Shown here: positions 48,878 through 58,138 of the stretch, in pieces | Position numbering within the stretch: position 1 is the first letter of the stretch | How the letters are laid out: each line of letters opens with the position of its first letter | NCBI GenBank assembly: GCA_965200835.1 | Contig: OZ241390.1 | Location: 2,327,616 to 2,391,615, forward strand | Reading direction: 5' to 3' | Source: Acidimicrobiia bacterium | GTDB lineage: Bacteria > Actinomycetota > Acidimicrobiia > Spongiisociales > Spongiisociaceae | Length of the DNA: 64,000 bases | Notes under the pieces: generated by a model | What the model was told of the DNA's origin: nothing | The model's database searches: none | Seen by the model: the letters and a program-made list of their open reading frames with translations, nothing else | Made by a program: the position numbers and the translations under genes

Positions 48878-51826
48878 ATGCGGCGGGTGATTCTGCTGGT
48901 AGCCGCGGTGGGGCTGTGGTTGGCCAATCCGGGTGGTCTATTGGCCGGAGATACACCTGCGCCGACTGGGATTCGGGTGGTGTCCGTTGGTGACGGAACG
49001 GTGACGGTGGCCTGGGAGGGTGTACCCGAAGCGACCCTGTACAGGGTGTACTACCGGCCGGGTGCGGTAGAGCCGGGTAGTGAACCGGAGGACGATTGGT
49101 GGTGGGGTTCGCCTCAGTTCGATTCCGATAGCCGTGAGGGCACCGTGCCCAATCTGACGAATGGTGTCTGGTATGAGCTGCGGGTTGCGGCCGGGGAGTT
49201 CTGGTCGGAGGAGTCCGTGCTGGCTCGGCCGGGCACTGACTCTGATAATGCCCGTCTCCCGGGCGTACCCGCCGATTTGAGGGTGGTCGAGGAGCTGGAA
49301 GGGTCGGTGACGGTTGCTTGGGATCCGCCTGAGGGTGGGGCTGCGGGCTATGAAGTGTGGCATAAGCCTGAAGGTTTCTACGGTCAGGATACGCCGTCGT
49401 GGGTTATGTCCGGGAGTGTGGATGGTGACGTTGGTTCGTATACGATCAGCGGGCTGGTTGACTTTCGGCGTTATCAGGTGATTGTGGCGGCGATTAATGA
49501 CACAGGTAGGGGCCTGTTTACCCCACCGGTGTGGCCGACAGCCGGTGGTGCGCTAGCTGGAGAGATGTCTGCGCCGACGGGGGTTAGGTTGGTGGCCGTT
49601 GGTGAGGGAACGGTGACAGTGGCCTGGGAGGGTGTACCCGAAGCGACCCCGTATAAGGTGGTTTACCGGCCGGTTGCGGTAGTGCCGGGTAGTGAACCGG
49701 CGGGCGATGGGTGGTGGGGTTCGCCGTTGTTCGACTCGGAGAGCCGTGAGGGCACCGTGCCCAATCTGACGAATGGTGTCTGGTATGAGCTGCGGGTTGC
49801 GGCTGGGGAGTTCTGGTCGGAGGAGTCCGTGCTGGCTCGGCCGGGTCCGGACTCCGATAGTGCCCGCATTCCAGGTGTCCCAGCCGATTTGAGGGTGGTG
49901 GGGGAGCTGATCGGGCAGGTTACGGTTGCTTGGGATCCGCCTGAGGGTGGGGCTGCGGGCTATGAAGTGTGGTACCGGCCGGTAGGTGTTTCTGGCGAGG
50001 ATCCGCCGTCGTGGGTTATGTCCGGGAGTGTGGATGGTGATGTTGGTTCGTATACGATCAGCGGCCTGGTTGACTTTCAACGTTATCAGGTGATTGTGGC
50101 GGCGGTTAATGACACCAGTCGGGGGCCGTTTACCCAACCGGTGTGGCCGGCAGCGAACGGTGCCGATCTTGATCCTCTTGGTCTAATCGCCAATTATCGG
50201 CACGCGACCGCGTATACCACCGGGTCTGACCTGTGGGAAGTCTGGGCGTGTGACGTTCCCGACGGCCACGAACATATCGACATCGACGGGATATCCGCCC
50301 GTCTGAATCGGGCACTACCCCCATACTTCCGATGGTTGTCCGGTGGGTTGTACCAGCCGGACTTCATAGCGGGTGGCACCGTTCGCGTGAACCAGCGCGG
50401 AACGGGGAAGACGGGAGAATATGGCTGCGCCGATGCGGTGGCTGAACTGACCGGCGGTGATGCACATGGAGCGCTAATCATTCTCGATAAGAGCGGGGGA
50501 GTTGCTTTTGGGGGTACCGGCGGATTCGGGTATGTGTACCCCGACGACGGTACGGTAAGGTACGAACAGTCGAAGTTCCCCGCCAACGACAGGACAGTTC
50601 ACGCACCAGCACCCTACGTACGGTCGAGTGTTGGATTTGAGGCCATAGCCCACGAGGTCGGACATGCGTTGGGTTGGCCGCACTCGTATGGCGGTAACCG
50701 GCAACTACCGGCTTGGGTACAGGATCTGGAGTTGGATTCTGACGAATACGACAACCCAATGGATCTCATGTCCCAAGTGCCGGGCGTGGAATACTCGGGA
50801 CCGGATGGGATCAGCGCTGGAACCATCGCGATAAACCGATACGCCGCGGGATGGCTCCCTCTAGAGACGGTGAAGGTTCACAGCGGTCAACCCACCAGTT
50901 ACCTACTCAGTCCGCCCGGCGTGACAGGCACCCAGATGGTGGTGCTTCCGTCCGGCCAGCCGGGCCGGTTCGTCACCTTGGGAGCGAGGCTGAGAGAGGG
51001 CTACGACCGGGGGCTGCCAGTTGAAGGGGTCGAGGTGTACCGGGTGGATCAGCGCGCTATCGCCTGTGATGCCGAGAGGGAAGGTTTGTCGTGCACGACA
51101 ACGGAGCGCCGCACCAGTCAAATCCCACCACCTTCGAGCGACGACGGTCGGTCAGTACGCCAGTGGACAGATCATGTTTACGGTCCGGGCGACACGTTGA
51201 CTGTCGACGGGTATCGGGTAGACGTTGTCGAACGGGTCGGTGACCGCTTCCAATTGTGGGTTGGCCCACCTCATCGGGGACAGTTCGCCGACGACGACGG
51301 GAACGTCCACGAACCGAACATCGACCGGCTGGCTGACCTGTCGGTGGCGGTTCCTTGCGACTCGGACTTGAGGCATTACTGCCCCGATCGGCCGATCACT
51401 CGCGGTGAAATGGCCATGTTCCTGGTGCGGGCAGTCGACGGTGGCGATCCGCCCCCTTCCCGACGGTCCCGTTTCTCGGATGTGCCGGCAAACGTCGGGT
51501 TGTCAGCGTATGTGGAACGTCTGGCCGAACTGGGGATCACTGCCGGATATCCGGACGGGACCTTCCGGCCGGACTCGCCGGTCAACCGAGGCCAGATGGC
51601 TGTGTTCCTTACGAGGGCGTTTCCCGGTCTGGCGAGCATCGACACACCGTCGGGGGTGTTCATCGATGTGCCCGTAGACGACCCTTATGCGGTGGCTGTT
51701 GAGACGATCAGGGCCGCGCAGATCACCGCCGGTTGCGCCGCCGGTCCCGACCGGTTCTGTCCCGAAAGGCCGGTACGTAGGGATCAGATGGCAACGTTCC
51801 TGGCCAAGGCGTTGGGGCAGAGTTAG
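48878..51826 (+). CDS. Secreted surface protein: 4 fibronectin type III domains, zincin metallopeptidase (HEVGH), C-terminal SLH domains
   Basis: Signal peptide; VTVAW...Y.V.Y...L..G..Y motifs; AHEVGHALGWPHSY, YDNPMDLMS; ITRGEMA, VNRGQMA, VRRDQMA SLH motifs. Confidence 0.88.
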   Translation: MRRVILLVAAVGLWLANPGGLLAGDTPAPTGIRVVSVGDGTVTVAWEGVPEATLYRVYYRPGAVEPGSEPEDDWWWGSPQFDSDSREGTVPNLTNGVWYELRVAAGEFWSEESVLARPGTDSDNARLPGVPADLRVVEELEGSVTVAWDPPEGGAAGYEVWHKPEGFYGQDTPSWVMSGSVDGDVGSYTISGLVDFRRYQVIVAAINDTGRGLFTPPVWPTAGGALAGEMSAPTGVRLVAVGEGTVTVAWEGVPEATPYKVVYRPVAVVPGSEPAGDGWWGSPLFDSESREGTVPNLTNGVWYELRVAAGEFWSEESVLARPGPDSDSARIPGVPADLRVVGELIGQVTVAWDPPEGGAAGYEVWYRPVGVSGEDPPSWVMSGSVDGDVGSYTISGLVDFQRYQVIVAAVNDTSRGPFTQPVWPAANGADLDPLGLIANYRHATAYTTGSDLWEVWACDVPDGHEHIDIDGISARLNRALPPYFRWLSGGLYQPDFIAGGTVRVNQRGTGKTGEYGCADAVAELTGGDAHGALIILDKSGGVAFGGTGGFGYVYPDDGTVRYEQSKFPANDRTVHAPAPYVRSSVGFEAIAHEVGHALGWPHSYGGNRQLPAWVQDLELDSDEYDNPMDLMSQVPGVEYSGPDGISAGTIAINRYAAGWLPLETVKVHSGQPTSYLLSPPGVTGTQMVVLPSGQPGRFVTLGARLREGYDRGLPVEGVEVYRVDQRAIACDAEREGLSCTTTERRTSQIPPPSSDDGRSVRQWTDHVYGPGDTLTVDGYRVDVVERVGDRFQLWVGPPHRGQFADDDGNVHEPNIDRLADLSVAVPCDSDLRHYCPDRPITRGEMAMFLVRAVDGGDPPPSRRSRFSDVPANVGLSAYVERLAELGITAGYPDGTFRPDSPVNRGQMAVFLTRAFPGLASIDTPSGVFIDVPVDDPYAVAVETIRAAQITAGCAAGPDRFCPERPVRRDQMATFLAKALGQS
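48959..50150 (+). repeat. Intragenic tandem duplication, 612-bp period (two FN3 pairs)
   Basis: GCGCCGAC.GGG at 48959 and 49571; long identical tracts such as AGCCGTGAGGGCACCGTGCCCAATCTGACGAATGGTGTCTGGTATGAGCTGCGGGTTGCGGC. Confidence 0.95.
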
Positions 51827-51903
51827 CGACTCGGGGACTCCCTGACCCGCCACTTGCATAACCGGTGAGCGTTTGTCCCCGGGCTGGGCGAGAATCTGAT
51901 CTG

Positions 51904-53685
51904 TTAGGGCCGAACGCCCTTCTCGGAGGGTGGCAGTATGAACCCCTCGGCGCCGTTCAATAGCAGGAGCAGGTCACCCGTCCACTGCGCACCGGCCGCG
52001 TTGGGTTGCACCCAGTAGCCATCAGGATCCTGATGAACCAGGAAGGCCTGTTCGGTCTCCTGCTGGAACCGGTGTTCGGACAGGAAGAGGCGGGGTTTGA
52101 TGACCGCCGGATCGCCAATCTCGGGGCAGAAGACCATGCAGTTCCCGCACTCGTTGCACAACTCGGTCAGCACCAGGTATTGCTGGAGTCCCACCGCATC
52201 GAGTTCGGGTGGGGTCGGTATCCGGAAGAAGGCATCGTTGGGGCACACGGTCACGCAGAAGTTGCAGGCTACGCACCCCCACATCTGCAGCTCGTGGTCC
52301 ACCGCCCGGGGCAGCTTCGAGTTGCCGGCCAGTGTGTACCGGCCGTTGGTGGCCGGATCGTGGAGGGTGGTGATGTAGCCCGCCACCGCTCCCATCCCGT
52401 TGGACAGCGAGCCACGGTAGGTCTGCCACTCGGTCAGCGAGGCCGCTCCCGCTGACGTCATCGCGTTCTGCAGATTCTTGAGCATGGGCTTCAGCCGCCC
52501 GTAGCCACCCGGCTTGAGCAGGTCGGAGCAGATGGTGATGGGAGCAAGGCCGAGAGCGGCGGCATCGGCCAGGTTCTCCTTGGTGATGCCGGCCGAGAAC
52601 GAGACCTGGATGTCCGCATCCTGACCCTCCACCTTGAGCATGCCGGGCAGGGCTCGGTGTAGCTCGCCCAGCAGTGTGGTGGACACGACATGCAGAGGTG
52701 GTCCGGACATGTACATGGTCTCGTCGGGCATGAACCCCTTGGTGTTCTCCACGACCAGCGTGTTGGTGAGCTTGATGCCGAACCGCCGTCCGTGTTCGGT
52801 GGCGAAGCGGTCCAGCTCCCGGATCAGCTCCAGGCCCCGATCGAACTGGAGGTCGTTGTCGAAGTCGGCCTGGCGTAGCACCGTCGATTCGTACCCCAGA
52901 GTGCGCTGCACGATCTCCTGGACCCGATCGAATCCCAGCAGGGTGGGGTTGAGTTTCACGATCACGTCCAGCCCGTGTCGGGTGATGAGATGCTTGGTGA
53001 TCGATTCGATCTCATCGGGGGGACATCCGTGGAAGGTCGACAGCGTCACCGTGTCGGCGATCCGCGATGGGAAGTCCAGGTCCCGATACCGGGAGAATGC
53101 GCCGTCTATTTCGGGACGCAACCGCTTGATCTCCTCTGTGGCATCCATCATGGAGTCGATGAACCAGGCCACCTGATCGGTGGAGATCCCGGCCAGGTCG
53201 TAACCGACCGACAGGTCGAAGATGTGCGGACCGGGATCGTGGCCGATATAGGGGGTGAGCTCGTCCCACTGACGCAGCATCTCGAGGATCATCCAGGCCT
53301 TGACATACTCCTCGAGCGACTGGGGGATCTTCAGTTCCTGGCTCCACTCGATGTTGTAGCCGACGGTCTCCATGTCGATGCACGGTCGCCCGATCTTCAG
53401 CTCGTCGAGGATCTGCACCGTTTTGAGCTCCATCAGCCGCCCGCCCGCCAACCACGACAGCACGATGTTCTGAGCCATCTGGCTGTGTGGTCCAGCCGCC
53501 GGTCCTACAGGGGTGGCCGCCGGCCTGCCCAGGAAGTCGATCGAGATGTCGGGTCCGTCGGACACGTTGAAGAACCGGGCGATAGGGAGATCGAAGATCC
53601 GCCGGCGGGACTCCCACTCGTAGGCGATCCGGTCCAGCAGGTCGGACAGTCCGAACGGAGTGAGCTCCTCATGAGTGTCTGTCAT
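51904..53685 (-). CDS. YgfK-like protein: N-terminal DHODH-like barrel plus 4Fe-4S ferredoxin, lacking the central GltD-like part
   Basis: GPAAGPHSQMAQNI, ELKTVQILD, RPCID, YNIEWSQEL, STFHGCPPDEIE, KLNPTLLG, KLTNT, CSDLLKPGGYGR, CVACNFCVTVCPN, CNECGNC. Confidence 0.85.
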   Translation of the reverse strand: MTDTHEELTPFGLSDLLDRIAYEWESRRRIFDLPIARFFNVSDGPDISIDFLGRPAATPVGPAAGPHSQMAQNIVLSWLAGGRLMELKTVQILDELKIGRPCIDMETVGYNIEWSQELKIPQSLEEYVKAWMILEMLRQWDELTPYIGHDPGPHIFDLSVGYDLAGISTDQVAWFIDSMMDATEEIKRLRPEIDGAFSRYRDLDFPSRIADTVTLSTFHGCPPDEIESITKHLITRHGLDVIVKLNPTLLGFDRVQEIVQRTLGYESTVLRQADFDNDLQFDRGLELIRELDRFATEHGRRFGIKLTNTLVVENTKGFMPDETMYMSGPPLHVVSTTLLGELHRALPGMLKVEGQDADIQVSFSAGITKENLADAAALGLAPITICSDLLKPGGYGRLKPMLKNLQNAMTSAGAASLTEWQTYRGSLSNGMGAVAGYITTLHDPATNGRYTLAGNSKLPRAVDHELQMWGCVACNFCVTVCPNDAFFRIPTPPELDAVGLQQYLVLTELCNECGNCMVFCPEIGDPAVIKPRLFLSEHRFQQETEQAFLVHQDPDGYWVQPNAAGAQWTGDLLLLLNGAEGFILPPSEKGVRP

Positions 53686-54112
53686 TGCTCCGCCCCCGTG
53701 TCCGTCCCTCGCGACGCCCATCGGGATTGGCGCCCGGTCAGCCAAATGTCATGGTCGAAACCCAACGTGTCACACACCTGGGGTAGCTTGTCATTTGCCA
53801 AGACACCGTCGGCCGGTACCGGACGTCCATCCGACCGCATCGGGTTCATCTCACTGAGAGGCGCCTCCCGGAGGCTAAGGCGACGCGCCCACAGACTCGG
53901 ACAGGTGGTGGCGGGGGAGGGTCCAGATGTAGTGGGCGTGGGGCGGTTTTTCGCGTTCTCGGGGTTTGGTCGCTGGCAGTGGATCACCGGTGCCGGCGCA
54001 TCTGCGGCTCGGCGAAGGTCGGCGCAGTGCAGCGACCTCTTTGCCTGCTGGGCACTTCGCGGGATCAGGATCACCTTCAGCCGGGACTGGCGGTCGCGGC
54101 GGTGGAACAGCC

Positions 54113-55141
54113 TCATAGCCGGGCGTGGAGTCGGGTTGCTTGTTCGCGGGCTTTGGCACGAACCTCCTCGGCGTCCACCTTGGTGGGGGAGCCGTCCTGG
54201 TAAACCACCTCGCCGTCTACTTCGACCTTCAGCGGGCGGATCCCGGCGGTGAAGGCCACATGCCAGGGATCCATCGGGTTGTAGCTCCACGTCACCCGAT
54301 CGTTGCGGCATTCGGGGAACAGGTCCCAGCCGGTCCTGAGCCAGCTCCAGGCTGTCTCCGGGCTGGCGGTCACATCCACCGACCGATGCATCACGTAGGC
54401 CAGCCGAAAGGATTCGATCATGTTGGCCCCGATCCCATCGGTCCCCAGGGCGGTCGGGTTGGGAAACCGGGCCGGATCGGCGTACCCGACCGAGTTGTTG
54501 AGGTTGGAACGGGGATTGTGCAGGATGGTCCCGGCCAAGCTGTGGTCGGTGGGCAAATGGACACCGTGGGCGAGCAGCCAGGAGTCCTGGGACAGCCCTT
54601 CCAGGCGCTGGGGAGCATCCCGATCCTCCGGACCCTCGGCCACATGGACGTGCACTCCCACTCCGAACTCGTCGCCTAGGGCGGCAGCCTTTTCCAGGGT
54701 CGACTGTTCGCAGGTGAAGGCGGCGTGGATACCCACCATCCCGTCGCCCCCTTCCGACAGGAACCGCCGGTTCTCCTCCAGGCCTCGCCGGGCATTGTCG
54801 GGGCCATGCCGGTCGGTCACCCCGTAGCAGGTCCGCACCCTCACCCCCACCTCGGCGCACGCCTCTGCGATCACCGACAGACTTCCCTCGATCGCATTGG
54901 GCGACTCGTGATGATCCACGATGGCGGTGGTGCCCGACTCCAGCGCCTCGAGGGCGCCAAGCATGGCTGACCAGCGGATCATCTCCAGGTCGAGGGCCGT
55001 GTCCAGCCGCCACCAGATCTGTTCCAGTATCTCCTGGAAGTTGGTGGGCGTCTCCGGCGGGGCGGGCATGCCTCGGGCCAGGGTCGAATACAGATGATGA
55101 TGGGCGCACACCAGCCCCGGAGTGACATTCGCAGCATTCAT
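54113..55141 (-). CDS. SsnA-like amidohydrolase
   Basis: PGLVCAHHHLYS.LARG, ILEQIWWRLD, DHHESP, GIHAAFT, HVHVAEG, HNPRSN, LGTDG; ATGA overlap with xdh. Confidence 0.88.
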   Translation of the reverse strand: MNAANVTPGLVCAHHHLYSTLARGMPAPPETPTNFQEILEQIWWRLDTALDLEMIRWSAMLGALEALESGTTAIVDHHESPNAIEGSLSVIAEACAEVGVRVRTCYGVTDRHGPDNARRGLEENRRFLSEGGDGMVGIHAAFTCEQSTLEKAAALGDEFGVGVHVHVAEGPEDRDAPQRLEGLSQDSWLLAHGVHLPTDHSLAGTILHNPRSNLNNSVGYADPARFPNPTALGTDGIGANMIESFRLAYVMHRSVDVTASPETAWSWLRTGWDLFPECRNDRVTWSYNPMDPWHVAFTAGIRPLKVEVDGEVVYQDGSPTKVDAEEVRAKAREQATRLHARL

Positions 55142-57723
55142 CGCCGGGCGATCGGCTGATGCACAGCCATCGGAAGCCGATTGCGCCACTGCCCATCCAC
55201 CTCATGCAGGGCCGCCGCTACCGCACCGGCGGTCGGGACCAGACCGATCTCGCCGACTCCCTTGATGCCGTACGGGGCACGAGGCTGGGGAACCTCCACC
55301 AGGATCACGTCGACCGGTGGCATGTCCTTGGGTCGGATGATCCCCAGGCTGCGCAACGTCATGTTGGTGGGTCGGGCCTGGTCGTCCGCCGGGAACTCCT
55401 CCGTCAGGGCATACCCGAGGCCCATGTGGACCGAACCTTCGATCTGGCCCTCGCACAGCACCGGATGTATCGCCTTCCCCACATCGTGCGCGGCGACCAC
55501 CCGCTCGATCCGCCCGGTCCTCGGGTTGGCGATCACCAGCTGGGCGGCGTAACCGAAGGCAGAGTGGATGGTCGGGTTGGCCAGCCCCTCCTTGAGAGAG
55601 TTGGTCCAATCGACCCGATGCTCGCCGTGGTAGTCGACTCCGGGCAATCTCCCCCCTGCATCGGCTGCCCGGCAGGCGGCCTGCACCGCTCCCGCTCCCA
55701 TCAAAGTCCCCCGTGACCCGGTGGTCTGGCCCGCCCCCAGCTCCCGGCTGGTGTCAACCAGCACCCGGATCGATTTGGGATCGACGCCCAGCTCCTCCGC
55801 CGCCACCTGCTGGGCCACCGTGTGGATACCCTGGCCCATTTCCGTCCAGCAGTGCCGCACCTCCACGGTCCCACTCCGGGTGAACCGAACCACCGCCCGG
55901 GCCACTTCCTTGAACCCGTTGCCCAAACCGCTGTTCTTCAGACCGAGGCCGACACCCACCGCCTTACCAGCCGCTCTTGCCGCGTCATAGTGGGGTTTCA
56001 CGGCCTCCAGGCACTCCACAGCCCCCTGGCAGCCGTCGTCCATCACCTGACCAGGTCCCCACACCACGCCCGGACGGATGGCGTTGCGGTGGCGCATCTC
56101 CCACCCCGAGATCCCCACCTGCTCCGCCAAGCGATCCATGACCCCTTCCATGGCGAACTGCGCCTGGTTGGCCCCGAACCCACGAAAGGCACCGCACACC
56201 GGATTGTTGGTCCGAGCGGCCACCGCCTTCACATCAATGTTGGGCACCACGTACGGGCCACTAGCATGACCCGCCGCCCGTTCCAACACCTTCATGCCCA
56301 CCGAGGCATACGGACCGGAGTCACCGAGCATCCGGGCCTTGAGGGCGGTGAGCCGGCCGTGGCGGTCACAGGCTGCCCACAGCTCGATCTCGATCGGATG
56401 CCGCTTGGCATGGATGCGCAGCGACTCCTCCCGTGACAGGGTGCATTTGACAGGACGGCCCAACAGGTGGGAAGCGAGGGCGGTCTGGGCCTGGTTGGCC
56501 ATGTCCTCCTTGCCCCCGAACGCACCCCCGTTGGAAACCAGTTCCACGGTGATGAGAGAAGGGTCGATACCCAGCACCGAGGCCACCTGGTCCCGGTCGT
56601 CCCACACTCCCTGACCGCCCGAATAGAGCATCAACCGCCCGTTCCCCGCCGGCACCACCAGGGTCGACTCGGGTTCCAGGAAGGCATGCTCCACCCGCTG
56701 GGTCACGAACGTCTCATGGATCCGGTAAGGCGAGGAGCGGTAGGCGGAGTCGAAGTCACCCCGCGCATACTTGGAGACGGACAGGACGTTCCCCTCCAGA
56801 CCCCACACCGCATCCTCGGAGGAAGCCACCGCTTTCGCCGGATCGGTGAAGGGCTCCAGCACCCGGTATTCCACCTCGATAGCCTCGGTAGCTTCTCGGG
56901 CGGCCAGTCGATCATCGGCCACCACGATCGCCAGCACGTCCCCGTAGTACGAAGTCCGGCCGCCTTCGGGGATCATCACCGGCCAGTCCTTGTGAATCAG
57001 CCCCACCCGCAGCTCTCCCGGCACATCCGCCGCGGTGAAAACGGCCTCGACTCCGGGGATCGCCTCAGCCGCGCTGGTGTCGATCCTCAAGACATCGGCC
57101 CGAGCGTGGTCGGTGAGGCGTAGTGCTCCGTGGAGGATGCCGTCGAAGCGGATGTCGTCTATGTAGTCCCGATCCCCCAGAGCCAGCTCGTAGCCCTCGT
57201 ACTTGATGCCGGACTTGCCTATCCCGCCCGAAGTCTCCATCGGCGGAATCTCTCCGGCCACCAGCATGTCGACCGCGTCGAAGATCTTGGTGTAGCCGGT
57301 GCAGCGACACAGATGCGCCCCCAGCCGACCGGCCGTGATCCGCCGCTTGAGTCGGGAGCCCTTCTGGTCGATCAGTGCCTTGGTTCGCACCAGTATTCCG
57401 GGAGTGCAGAACCCGCACTGCAATGCGCCGGTGACTGCGAAGGCCGAGGCCAGGCGATCCCGCTCCACCGGGTGGAAGCCCTCGAGGGTGACCACCTCCT
57501 TGCCCGCGACCTTGTCGAGCGACAGGACGCACGCCACCAGGGCCCTCCCGTTAACCAGCACCGTGCAGCAACCGCACTGGCCCGACGGAGCGCAGCCGTC
57601 CTTGGCGGAGGTGATATCGAGCTCCTCCCGGAGGGCCGACAGCAGATGGGGATGGTCGGCTCGGACCGAGACATCCGCTCCGTTGAGTCTGAAACCCACT
57701 GTCCTGCTAGCCGTCAGGGTCAT
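55138..57723 (-). CDS. Selenium-dependent-type xanthine dehydrogenase (fused 2Fe-2S and Mo domains)
   Basis: KDGCAPSGQCGCC, QCGFCTPG, HLCRCTGY, VEHAFLEPE, GGAFGGKED, AFRGFGANQ, GQTTGSR, GIKGVGEIG. Confidence 0.88.
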   Translation of the reverse strand: MTLTASRTVGFRLNGADVSVRADHPHLLSALREELDITSAKDGCAPSGQCGCCTVLVNGRALVACVLSLDKVAGKEVVTLEGFHPVERDRLASAFAVTGALQCGFCTPGILVRTKALIDQKGSRLKRRITAGRLGAHLCRCTGYTKIFDAVDMLVAGEIPPMETSGGIGKSGIKYEGYELALGDRDYIDDIRFDGILHGALRLTDHARADVLRIDTSAAEAIPGVEAVFTAADVPGELRVGLIHKDWPVMIPEGGRTSYYGDVLAIVVADDRLAAREATEAIEVEYRVLEPFTDPAKAVASSEDAVWGLEGNVLSVSKYARGDFDSAYRSSPYRIHETFVTQRVEHAFLEPESTLVVPAGNGRLMLYSGGQGVWDDRDQVASVLGIDPSLITVELVSNGGAFGGKEDMANQAQTALASHLLGRPVKCTLSREESLRIHAKRHPIEIELWAACDRHGRLTALKARMLGDSGPYASVGMKVLERAAGHASGPYVVPNIDVKAVAARTNNPVCGAFRGFGANQAQFAMEGVMDRLAEQVGISGWEMRHRNAIRPGVVWGPGQVMDDGCQGAVECLEAVKPHYDAARAAGKAVGVGLGLKNSGLGNGFKEVARAVVRFTRSGTVEVRHCWTEMGQGIHTVAQQVAAEELGVDPKSIRVLVDTSRELGAGQTTGSRGTLMGAGAVQAACRAADAGGRLPGVDYHGEHRVDWTNSLKEGLANPTIHSAFGYAAQLVIANPRTGRIERVVAAHDVGKAIHPVLCEGQIEGSVHMGLGYALTEEFPADDQARPTNMTLRSLGIIRPKDMPPVDVILVEVPQPRAPYGIKGVGEIGLVPTAGAVAAALHEVDGQWRNRLPMAVHQPIARR

Positions 57724-57780
57724 GACATCCTCCCACCGGATCCTGGATACACCGACGAGCACTCCGGAGGCACGCGCTAC

Positions 57781-57797
57781 TTTTACATTTTGTCAAA
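57781..57797. promoter_or_regulatory. Operator-like palindrome between xdh and the divergent regulator operon
   Basis: TTTTACA-TTT-TGTCAAA; matches the 42455 site at 11 of 12 arm positions. Confidence 0.65.
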
Positions 57798-57907
57798 AAA
57801 ACCGGATTCGTGCAACGTGTTTTCCGGTCGGAGGCGGTCATTCTCGCGCTGTGCCGCTGGCCCGGCGAGTCGGTATACGCTAGGTGTGGTCGACTCGAGG
57901 AGCATGA

Positions 57908-58138
57908 TTGCCCGCCCGCGCCGAGTTCACAGTGGAACCTTTCGAGGAAGGAAACCCCGGTCCCCATGTCAAGGCGGCCATCGAAGCCCTCACGCCCCAT
58001 GCACCCGACATAGGCCCCTTCGGCACGGCCATCGAGGGTTCGGTTCCTGAAGTGTTCGAAGCCGCCGCCGGTTGTGTTGGGGCTGCCATGGACGCCGGAG
58101 CCAGCCGGGTGACGGTGACCATGACCATCACCCCATGA
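57908..58138 (+). CDS. Thiamine-binding-protein-like (YkoF/MTH1187) small protein
   Basis: AEFTVEPF.EG.PGPHV, DIGPFGT, AMDAGASRV; GAGGAG RBS 5 nt before TTG. Confidence 0.75.
   Translation: MPARAEFTVEPFEEGNPGPHVKAAIEALTPHAPDIGPFGTAIEGSVPEVFEAAAGCVGAAMDAGASRVTVTMTITP

Noticed and set aside
51904-57723. Selenocysteine (TGA) readthrough in the xdh/ssnA/ygfK-like genes
   Set aside because: ORFs are continuous with no in-frame TGA; this enzyme class uses a labile Se cofactor rather than Sec
57904-57915. Frameshift from ATG 57904 in the thiamine-binding-like gene
   Set aside because: RBS spacing fits TTG 57908 better, so no lesion needs to be assumed
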